This document shows positions 13,084-24,066 of a DNA stretch of 64,000 nt, piece by piece; position 1 is the first letter of the stretch; each line of letters opens with the position of its first letter. This DNA is from Desulfosoma sp. (GTDB taxonomy: Bacteria; Desulfobacterota; Syntrophobacteria; Syntrophobacterales; DSM-9756), in the NCBI GenBank assembly GCA_037481835.1, contig JBBFKW010000005.1, positions 157,982 through 221,981 on the forward strand, given 5' to 3'. Position numbers and translations under genes: made by a program. The notes under the pieces were generated by a model. It was given only the letters and a program-made list of their open reading frames with translations. It made no database searches and had not been told where the DNA came from.

Positions 13084-14459
13084 AGTGGCGTCATTCGCTG
13101 ATCTACCTGCTCATCTTGGCGCTCCTCGGCGGCTACTATTATTACTTCGAAGTGGTGAAGAAACGGGAAAAGGAGGAGGCACAGCGTGCCAAGAATCGGC
13201 TTTTCTCCGTCGCCACGGAAGCCGTCGATGAAATCATCCTCGAAGCCAAAGACAAGCCCGCCGTGCACCTGCTGAAAAAAGACGGCGCCTGGATTTTGGA
13301 TGGGCCTGTGACGACGGAAGCGGATCAGAACGCCGTGGACACGCTGCTCCATTCTCTGCTGAACCTGGAAAAGAACCGCGACGTGGACGAATCGGCCAAG
13401 GATATGGGGCTCTACGGCCTCTCGGACCCCGCCTTCGTGGTGCGCTTCCGGTCCGGGGAGACCTGGCAGCGCATCCGATTCGGATCCAAGAACCCGACGG
13501 GCGAAAGTCACTATGCCGCCAAAGGGGATGAAAACGCCGTCTTCCTTCTGGCTGCGGGGAGCGTGACCGCCCTGAGCAAAGGGCCCGATGAGCTTCGACG
13601 GCGGGATCTCTTGACCTTTGAAGACGAGGAGATCCGCAGCCTCTCGGTGTCCTGGGCCGACGGACACCGCCTCACGCTCGTTCGCGATGAAAAAGACAAA
13701 GACTTTTGGCGATGCTCTGAAGAGCCCGAACGGCGCGTAAAGCGTGCCAAGGTGGACAACATCCTCAATCAGATCCGCTGGGCTCGAGCCAAAACCTTTC
13801 TGGATATTTCAGCGGAAGACTCGCAGGTCTGGGCCTCGGGGGTTCCTGAGGTGCACGTCATCGTGCAGGGACGCGACGGGCCGCCCCGGGAGGTGAAGAT
13901 CGGCCGGAAAAAAGAAGCCTCGGAAACCTATGTGGCCTGGAGTTCGCAGATGTCTACGCTCGTCACGGTGGACGGCTCGATCCTAAAAGACCTGCCCAAG
14001 ACCGTGCGCGACGTGGAGGATCGCTCGGTGGCGGCGCTGGATTCCAAGAACGTGACCCGGGTCCACTATCAAATGCATGGGCAAAAGGGGGAGTTGGTCC
14101 TCCAAGACGACGGCGCGTGGGCGCATGTGGGCGCGGACGGGTCCCGGCGGGTGATCAAAGAATCGTGGCGCGTGCGCCCCGTCTTTTGGGAATGGGAAGA
14201 CCTGGAGTACGAAGAAAAGGCTTCCGCCGACCTTAAGCGCCCCGAGGAGCAGGATCTCAATCGCATGGAGTTTTCCACAAAGGACGGCGTGACGGTCGCA
14301 GTGTCCTGGCCCGGAGCGAACCGGGACGAGAGCGCCCAAACCCTTCCCCTTTGGACGGGATCGAACGAGGCCTATCTGGTCAAAGTCGAAAAAATCAGGG
14401 AAATCGAAGAAAAGATCCAGGACGTTCTGAAAAGAGCCTCAGAGAAAGCTTCGTCCTGA
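13080..14459 (+). CDS. DUF4340-like membrane-anchored protein
   Basis: N-terminal TM, YGL motif, usual last gene of Gld-like operons. Confidence 0.75.
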   Translation: MKWRHSLIYLLILALLGGYYYYFEVVKKREKEEAQRAKNRLFSVATEAVDEIILEAKDKPAVHLLKKDGAWILDGPVTTEADQNAVDTLLHSLLNLEKNRDVDESAKDMGLYGLSDPAFVVRFRSGETWQRIRFGSKNPTGESHYAAKGDENAVFLLAAGSVTALSKGPDELRRRDLLTFEDEEIRSLSVSWADGHRLTLVRDEKDKDFWRCSEEPERRVKRAKVDNILNQIRWARAKTFLDISAEDSQVWASGVPEVHVIVQGRDGPPREVKIGRKKEASETYVAWSSQMSTLVTVDGSILKDLPKTVRDVEDRSVAALDSKNVTRVHYQMHGQKGELVLQDDGAWAHVGADGSRRVIKESWRVRPVFWEWEDLEYEEKASADLKRPEEQDLNRMEFSTKDGVTVAVSWPGANRDESAQTLPLWTGSNEAYLVKVEKIREIEEKIQDVLKRASEKASS

Positions 14460-14530
14460 GAGGACCCCGCAGAAGCTTGAGTGGGTGAAAGGGGAAGCCC
14501 GGGGGGGCGGGCCGGCCCGCCGCCCTTTCT

Positions 14531-14998
14531 CTATTCTCGGCCTCCCCGATAGCTCACCTTTTCCAGCGGCAGGGGGCGACACCCTTCGGGGAGCGTTCCT
14601 GTTTCCACCACCACGTCGATGGTAATGCCGCCGCGGGCGTACCACAGTCCCACGACGCGCAGGTACTTGGGATCCATGGCTTGGTGCAGGCGTTTGTGAA
14701 TGGTCACCGTGCACGCTTCGTGGAACGCCCCGTAGTTGCGAAAGCTTCCGAGGAAAAGTTTGTACGACTTGCTTTCCACAAGCCTTTGTCGCGGCACGTA
14801 GTCCACAACGATGACGGCGAAATCGGGCTGTCCCGTGATGGGGCACAGCGACGTGAATTCCGGGGCCGTGAGGCGCACCACATAGTCCACATCGGGATGG
14901 GGATTGGGAAAGGTTTCCAAGACGGCCTCGTCCGGACGGCTGGGAAGAGGTGCGGGGCGTCCCAGAAGGGTCAGTCGATCCTGATCGTCGTGCGGCAT
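14531..14998 (-). CDS. queF: NADPH-dependent 7-cyano-7-deazaguanine reductase
   Basis: [26 protein letters not shown]. Confidence 0.95.
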   Translation of the reverse strand: MPHDDQDRLTLLGRPAPLPSRPDEAVLETFPNPHPDVDYVVRLTAPEFTSLCPITGQPDFAVIVVDYVPRQRLVESKSYKLFLGSFRNYGAFHEACTVTIHKRLHQAMDPKYLRVVGLWYARGGITIDVVVETGTLPEGCRPLPLEKVSYRGGRE

Positions 14999-15073
14999 GG
15001 GCGGATTGTCCTTCGAGGCCGAGCCAGAGGCGGACCTTGCTCTGCGAACCCCGGCTCCTTATCCGGAAAGGCT

Positions 15074-15787
15074 TCAGCGCAGAAGGCGCTTGATCTGGTT
15101 GTGATGCTTGCGGAACACGTCCTCGGCCAGCCGCCCCAGGTCGTCTTGGATCAACGCCGGTGCGGGAAGGTCCAGGGGCGGCGGTAGTTGGAATCGCTCC
15201 ACCTTCATGGGGTGGATGTAGAGCTTCTTTTCGACGGACATGATCTCTTCCGCCGTGAAATTGCTTCCCAAGAAGTGCTTGTGTTCCAAACCGCACACAT
15301 CCAGGCTCTTGAGAAAATTGAGGATGGTCAGCAGATCGAAGTTGCTCTGGAAGGCCTGGATATTCATGTTGAGGGCCCGCACTTCCAGTTCCAGGTCATG
15401 GACGGCATCCTTGTATTTGGCCATCCAGGTGAGTAGCCGGTTGTAAGATTCCAAGACAAGCTTTCGGAACTTGCCCTTGTGGGTCAACGCGGTGACCTTG
15501 ATGAAACGAACCCCTCGGGCGAAAGGCTTTTCCAAGCATTCGCGCCAGAAGGACGATTCAGGGATCTGCAGCAGGCCGATGAGGCGCCCCAGCATTTCCG
15601 CATCCATCATCAAGTACCCGAGCCGCGTGAAACGTTTGCCCACCTCTTGGGCCAGCGCGCGCACGGCTTCCGCCCTGGCCTCCACGTCCTCCGTTTCCAA
15701 TTCGATAAGACGCCTCTGGGTCAGGTAGTTTTCGAGGACTTCTTCTTTGACCTGCCGAGTGAGGCACGTGATGAGGTCGTCTTCCAC
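15074..15787 (-). CDS. Hypothetical coiled-coil protein
   Basis: GGAGGT RBS before GTG; helical composition. Confidence 0.7.
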   Translation of the reverse strand: MEDDLITCLTRQVKEEVLENYLTQRRLIELETEDVEARAEAVRALAQEVGKRFTRLGYLMMDAEMLGRLIGLLQIPESSFWRECLEKPFARGVRFIKVTALTHKGKFRKLVLESYNRLLTWMAKYKDAVHDLELEVRALNMNIQAFQSNFDLLTILNFLKSLDVCGLEHKHFLGSNFTAEEIMSVEKKLYIHPMKVERFQLPPPLDLPAPALIQDDLGRLAEDVFRKHHNQIKRLLR

Positions 15788-15889
15788 AACGTCACCTCCC
15801 GGGAACCCCTTCTCCCTCACCGACTTTAAGGCCCGGGTTCGAAGACCGGCGGCAAGAAAGGGGTGGGGTTCGGCGGCGTTCCGTCGGGT

Positions 15890-16627
15890 TCAAGAGAGGC
15901 CCTGGGCTCTCACCGCTTCGTGCGCGTGCGCCAAGAGAAACGTTCTGGGGTTGAGAACCAGCGCCGCATGGTCCGGTTTGTATCGATCGCCGTGTTTCAG
16001 AATCACCATGGAAATGGTCTGAGCCAGCGGTTCCAGTAGGATGATGGCGTGAAAGAGATCGTCCAGTTCATGGCAGGGATAGGGGATTCCGTGATCGTTG
16101 GCGATGTCGATGTGACGATGAATGCGGCAGGAAAACCACACGGAAGCGCCGTGAGTTTCCGCGGTCTTTTGAATGGCTTCCAACTGCTTTCGCGACACCC
16201 GTTCAAAGTCCAACCCGTCCAGGATGATGACGGTGGGTTCGAACTGCACCTGATCCCGCAGGCTCCGGATGTTCTCTTCCAGCTTGGCGGGCGTGAAGGT
16301 GTGGTGCAGGTAGGACATGATGAACCGAGAACTCACCATACCGTCTTTGATGGTTTTCAAAAGGGCCTCATCGGCGATGGCGGTCTTGAAGTTCCGGTAC
16401 AGTTCCTCATACCAGATCTTGATTTTATCGGGCAGTTCGTCGATGCACGTGTGGAGGACCTTTTCCCCTTGGGCGAGGGCCTCCAGGGCGATGTGGGTGA
16501 GGCATGCGGTCTTGCCGACCCCTGCGCGGGCGAGGAGCACGCCCATCTCGCCGGGGCGGAGGGGTTGTCCCAGGCAGGACCGGACAAGGGTTGCTGGAAA
16601 AGGTGTGGACCCGTCGAAAGATGCCAT
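15890..16627 (-). CDS. RecA/DnaB-like P-loop NTPase of unknown function
   Basis: Walker A ARAGVGKT, Walker B IILDG. Confidence 0.75.
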   Translation of the reverse strand: MASFDGSTPFPATLVRSCLGQPLRPGEMGVLLARAGVGKTACLTHIALEALAQGEKVLHTCIDELPDKIKIWYEELYRNFKTAIADEALLKTIKDGMVSSRFIMSYLHHTFTPAKLEENIRSLRDQVQFEPTVIILDGLDFERVSRKQLEAIQKTAETHGASVWFSCRIHRHIDIANDHGIPYPCHELDDLFHAIILLEPLAQTISMVILKHGDRYKPDHAALVLNPRTFLLAHAHEAVRAQGLS

Positions 16628-16756
16628 GAAAAACTCTCCTTTAAGGAAGTCCAAGGCGGGTGAACGATCTCATCCATGCCAAGGGCTCATGCCGCTGTAT
16701 GATACACCACAACCCGTTGCGAAGGGTAGCGGAGAAAGCCGCTCGGTTGATCGGCC

Positions 16757-18826
16757 TCATTCCTCTTTTTTCCTTCGGATCACCTCTTCGGCGATGCCTT
16801 TGGGCACGGGGTTGTAGCGGGCGAACTCCATGGTGAATTCCGCCTTACCCTGGGTTGCCGACCTGAGCACCGTGGAATAGCCGAACATCTCGGACAGGGG
16901 CACTTCCGCTTCGATGCTGGAAAAAGAGCCGTCTTCCGCGGTGCTGATGATGATGCCGCGGCGCTGGTTCAAGGTGCCCAAAACCGCGCCCTGGAACTCG
17001 GATGGCGTTTCGACGACGACGCGCATGAGGGGTTCCATGAGCTGCGGTTTGGCTTTTTCGTATGCCTGGCGGAAGGCGCCGATGGCGGCCTGCTGGAACG
17101 CCAGATCGGAGGAGTCCACAGGGTGGGTGTTGCCGTCGTGGATGGTGACGCGCACACCCGTGATGGGAAATCCTCCAAGGGACCCCTTTTTGAGGCAGGC
17201 GCGGAAGCCCTTGTCGCACGAAGGGATGAACTCCTGGGGAATGACGCCGCCGGTGATCCGGTTGACGAATTCGTAGTCCCCTTCGGCAAGCGGTTCGATG
17301 AAGCCGGCCACGCGGCCGTATTGGCCCGCCCCGCCGGTTTGTTTCTTGTGGGTGTAGTCGAAATCGGCCCTCTGGGTGATGGTTTCCCGGTAGGCCACTT
17401 TGGGCTGTCCCGTGGACACTTCAGCGCCGTATTCCCGCCGCATGCGTTCCACGTAGACATCCAAGTGCAGTTCCCCCATGCCGCAAATGATGGTCTCTCC
17501 CGTCTCTTCATCGAGAAAAGACCGAAACGTGGGATCTTCCTTGGTGAAGCGCGTCAGGGCCTTGCTCAGGTTCATCTCCGCCTTTTTGTCCTTGGGTTTG
17601 ATCGCCAAGGAAATCACGGGCTCCGGCACATAAATGGATGTCATGGTCAGGCGGCGGCTTCCGTCGGTGAAGGTATCCCCCGAGGCGCAGTCGATTCCGA
17701 AGAGAGCCACGATATCGCCTGCAGCGGCCGCTTCGATGTCTTCCATCTCGTCGGCGTGCATGCGACCGAGACGCCCCACTTTGGACACCTTGCCGGTACG
17801 GGTGTTGACGATGGTGGATCCCTTCTGGATGGATCCCTGGTACAACCGCACGTAGGTCAACTGCCCGTAACGGGTCACTTCCAGCTTGAAGGCCAACATG
17901 ACCAGGGGCAGATCGGGGCTGGACTTCAGAGGGACTTCTTCGTTGTCCCGGTCGGCGTCCAAGGCGATGTTCACCACATCGGCCGGGCTGGGAAGATACC
18001 GGAGCACGGCGTCCAACAGGGGCTGGACCCCCTTGTTCTTGTAGGCGGATCCCATCAAGACGGGGGTGATCCGAAGATCCAGAGTCGCCCGCCGGACGGC
18101 CTCATGGATGAGGTCCTCCGTGACGGTCTCTTCCAAAATCGCCTCGGTGAGCTCATCGGAAAAGAGAGACAGCGTATCGAGCATTTCTTCGCGCTTTTGG
18201 AGGGCCAAGGCCTGGAGGTCCTGAGGGATTTCGTGCTCCAGGACCTCTTCGCCGTTGGGCCCTTCAAAGGTCAAGGCTTTCATGCGGATCAAGTCCACAA
18301 CGCCTTCATGGGAGGCTTCCAGCCCCAGGGGGATTTGAAGGAGCACGGGGACATGGTTGAGTTTTTCTCGGAGTTGGTCGGCCACCTTGAGGGGATTGGC
18401 CCCGGCGCGGTCGCACTTGTTGACGAAGGCGATGCGCGGCACGTTGTAGCGCTTCATTTGCCGATCCACGGTCACCGACTGGCTCTGCACGCCGCCCACA
18501 CCGCAGAGCACCAGAATGGCCCCGTCCAGGACCCTCAGCGATCGCTCCACTTCGATGGTGAAGTCCACGTGGCCGGGTGTATCGATGATGTTGATGGCAT
18601 GGCCCTTCCAGGTGCAGTGGGTCGCGGCGGATTGGATGGTGATGCCGCGTTCCTTTTCCAGTTCCATGGAATCCATGGTGGCGCCCACGCCGTCTTTGCC
18701 TTTGACCTCGTGAATGGCGTGAATCTTTCTCGTGTAAAAAAGGATGCGCTCGGTAAGAGTGGTCTTTCCCGAATCGATGTGAGCGCTGATGCCGATGTTT
18801 CTTAAAGTGGTCAGGTCCTTGATCAT
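16757..18826 (-). CDS. fusA: Elongation factor G, stand-alone copy
   Basis: [30 protein letters not shown]. Confidence 0.97.
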   Translation of the reverse strand: MIKDLTTLRNIGISAHIDSGKTTLTERILFYTRKIHAIHEVKGKDGVGATMDSMELEKERGITIQSAATHCTWKGHAINIIDTPGHVDFTIEVERSLRVLDGAILVLCGVGGVQSQSVTVDRQMKRYNVPRIAFVNKCDRAGANPLKVADQLREKLNHVPVLLQIPLGLEASHEGVVDLIRMKALTFEGPNGEEVLEHEIPQDLQALALQKREEMLDTLSLFSDELTEAILEETVTEDLIHEAVRRATLDLRITPVLMGSAYKNKGVQPLLDAVLRYLPSPADVVNIALDADRDNEEVPLKSSPDLPLVMLAFKLEVTRYGQLTYVRLYQGSIQKGSTIVNTRTGKVSKVGRLGRMHADEMEDIEAAAAGDIVALFGIDCASGDTFTDGSRRLTMTSIYVPEPVISLAIKPKDKKAEMNLSKALTRFTKEDPTFRSFLDEETGETIICGMGELHLDVYVERMRREYGAEVSTGQPKVAYRETITQRADFDYTHKKQTGGAGQYGRVAGFIEPLAEGDYEFVNRITGGVIPQEFIPSCDKGFRACLKKGSLGGFPITGVRVTIHDGNTHPVDSSDLAFQQAAIGAFRQAYEKAKPQLMEPLMRVVVETPSEFQGAVLGTLNQRRGIIISTAEDGSFSSIEAEVPLSEMFGYSTVLRSATQGKAEFTMEFARYNPVPKGIAEEVIRRKKEE

Positions 18827-18960
18827 AAATCGTCTCCACACAGGCCGCAGAAAAGTTTCCCGCCCCGAAGAAAAGAAAAACGGGCACTTTGACGCCGTGC
18901 CCGTCGGGGGAAACCGTCGTTATCAAAAATCAGGCCGAAAGGGAAGAAAAAAGTATGGCC

Positions 18961-20754
18961 TCAGGAGTTCTCGGGGATCTTCAGCCGCACCCCCGGTTTA
19001 ATCTCTTTGGAATTGTTCAACTTGTTCATCGTCAGGATCTTTTGCACATCCACGTTGTATTTTTTGGAGATGGCCCAAAGGCTTTCGCCGGGGGCCACAG
19101 TGTGGACGGTGGGTTCATTTTTCCGCGGCTCAGACCCCTTGGAAGAAGCGCTCCTTGGTGTTTCCGTCTTCTTCGTGTCCTTGGGTGAAGGAAGGGGCGA
19201 TCTCCCCGCCGCCTGGCTTTTCAGACGAGTCCCGGGGCTACTGGACGGCTTTTGAGCGTCCTTGTTGTCTTGGGGCGAAGCCTTGGTTTGTTGAACGGGT
19301 TTGGAGACCATTATGGAGGACCCCACCCGGATGGCGCTCTTCGGGGAAAGCTTGTTCCATTCGCGCAGATCATCCGGGCTGACCCTGTATTTTTGGGCGA
19401 TGGAAAAGAGGGTGTCTCCCTTTTTAACCACATGAAGGGAAGGTGTTTGTTTGAGGGCTTTCGGCGTCGGCGGCGCCATGTCCTGTGCCGCGGTGTTGTC
19501 CTGGCGCCGTGAACCCTTCTCCTGTCTATCCGGGGCGCCGTCCTTGAAAACGTAGCCCACGACGAGCTTGGATCCAACCTTCAAGGGCTTATTGGGTGAA
19601 AGGCTGTTCATGCGGCACAGTTCCGAGGCGGACAGGCCGTAAGCCCGGGCGACGGATGCCGGGGTTTCGCCGCGTCGTACCGTGTGCGTCTTCTCCGCTT
19701 TCTGCCTGGGTTCGGTGCGCGCCCATGAACTCACGTCCACGGGAGGGAGATAGCCCACGGACGCCACCTGAATAGGCTCAGGGGGAAGGATGCTGCGTGG
19801 CCTGAGGCTTTCCGCCAGGTGTACGGGTTCAACCTCGAAGGCCCGCCGATAATAGACCAGCGGAGTTCCGGGGGTGAGGGGCATGTTGGGGTTGAGGTGG
19901 TTCCAGCGGACAAGGTCCTCGACCCGCACGCCGAAACTGCGGGCCAAGGCGGCGATGTCCGTTTGACGCTTGTCCACGTAATAGAGCACCTTTTTAGGGA
20001 GGAAACCCGCTTGAGCCAGTTCGATGAGGGCTTTTTTCTCCGGATCCAGGGAATCCATCTGCCCCGCCAGGGACGACCAGGGAGCGTAGAACCGAACGTG
20101 AATGTGATCGTTGTGCCGCGGTTCGTGGCGGATGGCCGCGTCGGTGGATCCCGGTCCCACGTCGTTGAACAATCGGTTCAAAAGGTCCTCGTCGAACCCC
20201 CGGGACAGGGCGTATTCGAAAAGCATTCTTTGGATTTTGCGATCGACGAAAAGATACTGGACGCGCCCCGTGCGGATGAGAGCCTCGATGAGGGACCAAG
20301 TCTTGGGCACATCCAGATTGCCCGCGTGCATGGGGATGAACTGGTCCAACGGCTGATTGCCGATGGCATACATCCCCAGATCCACATCGCGGCCGTTTTG
20401 GTGAGATTTATGACCGTTGAGGCGTCCGCCGCCGGGGGCCGAAAAATCTCCGATGAAAAGATCCACCGTGTTGGGATACTTTTCCCGCACCGAGTCGATG
20501 GCGTCCAAGAGACTGCCGATCAACTCGGGTGTGGCGTAGGCCCGGTCCGGGTCACGGACGATGTAGCCTCCCATGTCGGTCGGAAACGGGACGCCGTTGA
20601 CGAGGCGACCGCGGTAGGGTTCTCCGATGGAAAGGGTCAGAGCGTGGGTCGAAGGGGTCCAGGCGAGGCAGGTACACAGGGTCGCCACGGTTCCAAATAA
20701 GCTCAAAAACCGATGCCGGCGCGCCTTGAAAAGGTGTGGGCCGGCGGACCTCAT
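18961..20754 (-). CDS. MepA-like penicillin-insensitive murein endopeptidase with several LysM domains (start uncertain)
   Basis: HKSHQNGRDVD, HNDHIHVR; LysM repeats HTVRRGET, HVVKKGDTL, HTVAPGESL. Confidence 0.85.
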   Translation of the reverse strand: MRSAGPHLFKARRHRFLSLFGTVATLCTCLAWTPSTHALTLSIGEPYRGRLVNGVPFPTDMGGYIVRDPDRAYATPELIGSLLDAIDSVREKYPNTVDLFIGDFSAPGGGRLNGHKSHQNGRDVDLGMYAIGNQPLDQFIPMHAGNLDVPKTWSLIEALIRTGRVQYLFVDRKIQRMLFEYALSRGFDEDLLNRLFNDVGPGSTDAAIRHEPRHNDHIHVRFYAPWSSLAGQMDSLDPEKKALIELAQAGFLPKKVLYYVDKRQTDIAALARSFGVRVEDLVRWNHLNPNMPLTPGTPLVYYRRAFEVEPVHLAESLRPRSILPPEPIQVASVGYLPPVDVSSWARTEPRQKAEKTHTVRRGETPASVARAYGLSASELCRMNSLSPNKPLKVGSKLVVGYVFKDGAPDRQEKGSRRQDNTAAQDMAPPTPKALKQTPSLHVVKKGDTLFSIAQKYRVSPDDLREWNKLSPKSAIRVGSSIMVSKPVQQTKASPQDNKDAQKPSSSPGTRLKSQAAGRSPLPSPKDTKKTETPRSASSKGSEPRKNEPTVHTVAPGESLWAISKKYNVDVQKILTMNKLNNSKEIKPGVRLKIPENS

Positions 20755-21078
20755 GCCGCAACCGGATAAATGGGCCGACCGTTCCAGGATGTCCCTCCTT
20801 CGCTCGGGGTTTACCTTTATACGCGTCGAGTAACCTCTTATCGTATGGCGGCATACTTCACCGCCACGGTGAAACCTCGATGGGCGCACCTCCCCATGGA
20901 ACATCCTGCGGCGCGCCAAACATCGTGAAAACTAGTCCTAAGTAAAGGAGGAAAAAAGATCTGTCAAAGGAAAAATGCAAGTTCGCTCAATGACATGGAA
21001 AAAGTAAGATCACGCTAACTTGCGAAGGCGCCGCGGCACCTTTGATTTTTCTCAGGTCGTTATGGGAGGATCGTCCAT

Positions 21079-21336
21079 TCAGGAGGGGTTCTCCGAGCGG
21101 GTTCCAGCGTTTAAGCTTTCAAACAGGGCGATTTGTTCGGCGAAGCTGCGTTTGGGCGCCCGAGAAGGGGTCCCGCGGCAGGCATGGCATCGGGCGTGCG
21201 AACACTGCTGGCAAAAATGGCAGTCGGGACAGGGGTTTTTCTTGGGCCGGTCGTCGGCAAGCGACGGCTGGTAGACTTGAGGCAATCCGCACCGAGGAGC
21301 GAACACGGGAGTGTCATGGCTGCCTTTTCCGGACAC
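21079..21336 (-). CDS. Small Cys-rich hypothetical protein
   Basis: RBS AAAGGGGA before GTG; CPDCHFCQQCSHARCHAC. Confidence 0.6.
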   Translation of the reverse strand: MSGKGSHDTPVFAPRCGLPQVYQPSLADDRPKKNPCPDCHFCQQCSHARCHACRGTPSRAPKRSFAEQIALFESLNAGTRSENPS

Positions 21337-21427
21337 GGTCGTCCCCTTTCCTTGAGGTTGTTTCTTGGGCTTCCATAGAGTAAGCAGGCCGCGTTTGGGA
21401 GGCAAGAGCGGGAAAGGAGAGGCCCCG

Positions 21428-21931
21428 GTGGAAGCGCCGTGGGATCATGACTATTTCATGGGCCTGAGCCTGGAAGAAGCGGACCGGGCCGCCGAACGGG
21501 GCGAAGTGCCGGTGGGCGCCGTCTTGGTGGGACGGGACGGGACCGTGTGGGCCCGGGCCCACAACCTGACGCTCACCCATCGGGACCCGACAGCCCATGC
21601 GGAGATGGTGGCCGTGAGGCGCGCTGCGGCGCTCCTTCGCAACCATCGGCTTTCCGGCACGGTCCTTTACGTGACGCTGGAGCCCTGCCCCATGTGCGTG
21701 GGGGCTTTGATCCAGGCCCGGGTGGATCTTTTGGTCTTCGGGGCGCCGGACCCCAAGAGCGGCGCAGCGGGCGGCGTTGTGGACTTGACAAAGCCGAGGC
21801 GTTTCCCCCATACTCTCGAAGTTCTGGGCGGGGTTCGCGCCGAGGAAGGCGCGCAACGGCTCGCCCGGTTTTTTCAGCAGCGGCGGGGGTGCCCTCGCCG
21901 CCTGCGCGGAGAGGTACCGAAGTGGCCGTAA
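21428..21931 (+). CDS. tadA: tRNA adenosine(34) deaminase
   Basis: EVPVGA, HAE, TLEPCPMC. Confidence 0.93.
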   Translation: MEAPWDHDYFMGLSLEEADRAAERGEVPVGAVLVGRDGTVWARAHNLTLTHRDPTAHAEMVAVRRAAALLRNHRLSGTVLYVTLEPCPMCVGALIQARVDLLVFGAPDPKSGAAGGVVDLTKPRRFPHTLEVLGGVRAEEGAQRLARFFQQRRGCPRRLRGEVPKWP

Positions 21932-22003
21932 CGGGGTCGACTCGAAATCGACTTGTCCTGTGAAGAGCAGGGCACGTGGGTTCGAATCCCACCCTCTCCG
22001 CCA
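21908..22003 (+). tRNA. tRNA-Ser (CGA)
   Basis: GGAGAGG acceptor stem, GTCGA-CT-CGA-AA-TCGAC anticodon arm, long variable arm, GTTCGAATC, CCA. Confidence 0.95.
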
Positions 22004-22051
22004 CCTGGACCTTAAGAGCGATCTTTGCCATCGTCAGAAGCGTTGCGCTGC

Positions 22052-22145
22052 GGAGAGATGCCCGAGCTGGCCGAAGGGGCACGACTGGAAATCGTGTGTT
22101 CCGTCAAAAGCGGAACCGAGGGTTCGAATCCCTCTCTCTCCGCCA
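22052..22145 (+). tRNA. tRNA-Ser (GGA)
   Basis: GGAGAGA acceptor stem, CACGA-CT-GGA-AA-TCGTG, long variable arm, CCA. Confidence 0.95.
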
Positions 22146-22181
22146 CTTTTTTGCTCCCAAACCCATACCCCCGACCTCCCC

Positions 22182-24050
22182 ATGTCCTATCTGGTCCTCG
22201 CCCGCAAATGGCGGCCTCAAACCTTTGAGGAAGTAATCGGGCAGCCCCATGTGACCCGAACCCTCAAAAACGCGGTGAAATCGGGCCGGATCGCCCACGC
22301 CTACCTCTTTACCGGGGCGCGGGGCGTGGGCAAAACTTCCGTGGCGCGCATCCTGGCCAAGGCTTTGAACTGCGAAAAGGGGGTCTCCCCCGTTCCGTGC
22401 AACCAGTGCTCCAACTGCGTGGAAATCGGCCAAGGCAAGGCCGTCGATGTTTTGGAAATCGACGGGGCCAGCAACCGCGGCATCGACAGCATTCGGGAAC
22501 TGCGGGAGACGGTGCGGTATCGGCCGGCCAAGAGCGCTTACAAGATCTACATCATCGACGAAGTGCACATGTTGACCACGGAGGCCTTCAACGCCCTTCT
22601 GAAAACGTTGGAGGAACCCCCCGCTCACGTCGTCTTCATCTTTGCCACCACGGAGCCCCACAAGATTCCGGCGACCATTTTGAGCCGCTGCCAGCGTTAC
22701 GACTTTCGTCGGATCGCCACGGCCGAAATCCTGGAACACCTTGTACGGATCGCGCACCAGGAAGAAGCGCCTTTGTCGGAATCGCTGCTCTATGCGGTGG
22801 CCCGCGAAGCCGACGGAAGCATGCGGGATGCCCAGAGCCTCATGGAGCAGCTTCTGGCCTTGCGGGGTGAAGATCAAGAGGATGCCGAACTCTTGGATCT
22901 GCTGGGCGTGGTGGACCGCGAAAGCGTCCTGCAGGCCGCCGAAGCCGTCATCCATGCCGACCCGGCGGCGTGCCTCGATGTAGTGGAACGGATCTATCGG
23001 CGGGGGATCGACGGCCGGAGGTTCTGCCAGCGGCTGTGCGAGCTTTTCAGGGACCTGCTGGTGATCACTTTCCGAAAGGAGGGCTCCGCCGGGGCGGCGC
23101 AGATGCCGGCTGGGGAACACGAGCGGTTGCGGCGCCTGGCCGGCCGCACCACGGCGGAAAACCTCTTCCAATGTTTCCAAATCCTGGTTTCCGGAGAAGA
23201 GGACATCCGGAGAGCGTCCTTGCCGCGCGTCACCCTGGAGATGCTGCTCCTTCGGCTGGCCTGTCTTCCTCGGGCCGAAGCCCTGGAAAAGATCCTGGAA
23301 AGGCTGGAAAGATACGACTTTTCCCATGATCCGGCACTGCCCCACCGTTCGAGCCCTTGGTCGGATTCCAAGAAAAGCCTCCCTGAAGGTTCGGGGAGCG
23401 AAGGGGTCGAAGAGATATCGAAAACCGACGCCTCCCATTCCGCCATGCCCGCGGAAAAGGGTTTGGTAGGCCGGGTGTTGAACCTCAGGGACGAAAGCCC
23501 GATTACCGGAAGCGAGGCGGTGGCGGCCGAAGGTTTCTCGGGCCAAGGACCCGGCGAAGATGCCGGTGCCGGAGGGCCCGGGGAAGAGCCTTCGGCGGAA
23601 CCGATGGCGGAGGTCACGGCGGAAGAGATCGTTCGGCACTGGGACGCTTTTTGCCAATGGCTCAACCAAACCCATCCCGTGGTCGGGGCCAAGTTGCATC
23701 AGAGTGCAGCGAAGGCGTCTTCGCCGGGTGTGCTGACGGTGGAGGTCTTGGAAATTTACGAAGAAAGCGTCAAGAACGGGGATACGGAAGAGACGCTTCG
23801 GACTTATCTTGCCCGATATTTCCATGGGAAAAAGCCCGGGTGTGGGATAAGCTTCCGCGCGCGAAAACCCGAACCCAAGGAACGAGGTCGATCCCACAAG
23901 GACAGCGCCCGCGCGACGGCCGCTGTCCTGCGCCACCCGGTGGTGCAGCAGGCTTTGGAAATCCTAGGGGGAGAACTGGTGGAAATCCGCCCCGTACGGC
24001 CCGCAAAGCCCTCCAAACGGACGGCGGGCGAGGCCGACAAAACCTCATGA
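22182..24050 (+). CDS. dnaX: DNA polymerase III gamma/tau
   Basis: MSYLVLARKWRPQTF, GARGVGKT, IIDEVH, SRC. Confidence 0.96.
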   Translation: MSYLVLARKWRPQTFEEVIGQPHVTRTLKNAVKSGRIAHAYLFTGARGVGKTSVARILAKALNCEKGVSPVPCNQCSNCVEIGQGKAVDVLEIDGASNRGIDSIRELRETVRYRPAKSAYKIYIIDEVHMLTTEAFNALLKTLEEPPAHVVFIFATTEPHKIPATILSRCQRYDFRRIATAEILEHLVRIAHQEEAPLSESLLYAVAREADGSMRDAQSLMEQLLALRGEDQEDAELLDLLGVVDRESVLQAAEAVIHADPAACLDVVERIYRRGIDGRRFCQRLCELFRDLLVITFRKEGSAGAAQMPAGEHERLRRLAGRTTAENLFQCFQILVSGEEDIRRASLPRVTLEMLLLRLACLPRAEALEKILERLERYDFSHDPALPHRSSPWSDSKKSLPEGSGSEGVEEISKTDASHSAMPAEKGLVGRVLNLRDESPITGSEAVAAEGFSGQGPGEDAGAGGPGEEPSAEPMAEVTAEEIVRHWDAFCQWLNQTHPVVGAKLHQSAAKASSPGVLTVEVLEIYEESVKNGDTEETLRTYLARYFHGKKPGCGISFRARKPEPKERGRSHKDSARATAAVLRHPVVQQALEILGGELVEIRPVRPAKPSKRTAGEADKTS

Positions 24051-24066
24051 GGAGGCGACACGGACG

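Noticed and set aside
21960..22181. N-terminal extension of dnaX in the ORF track
   Set aside because: Runs through two tRNA genes; the conserved start is MSYLVLARKW at 22182
22146..22181. SRP RNA (ffs), often found before dnaX
   Set aside because: Only 36 nt available, no SRP motif
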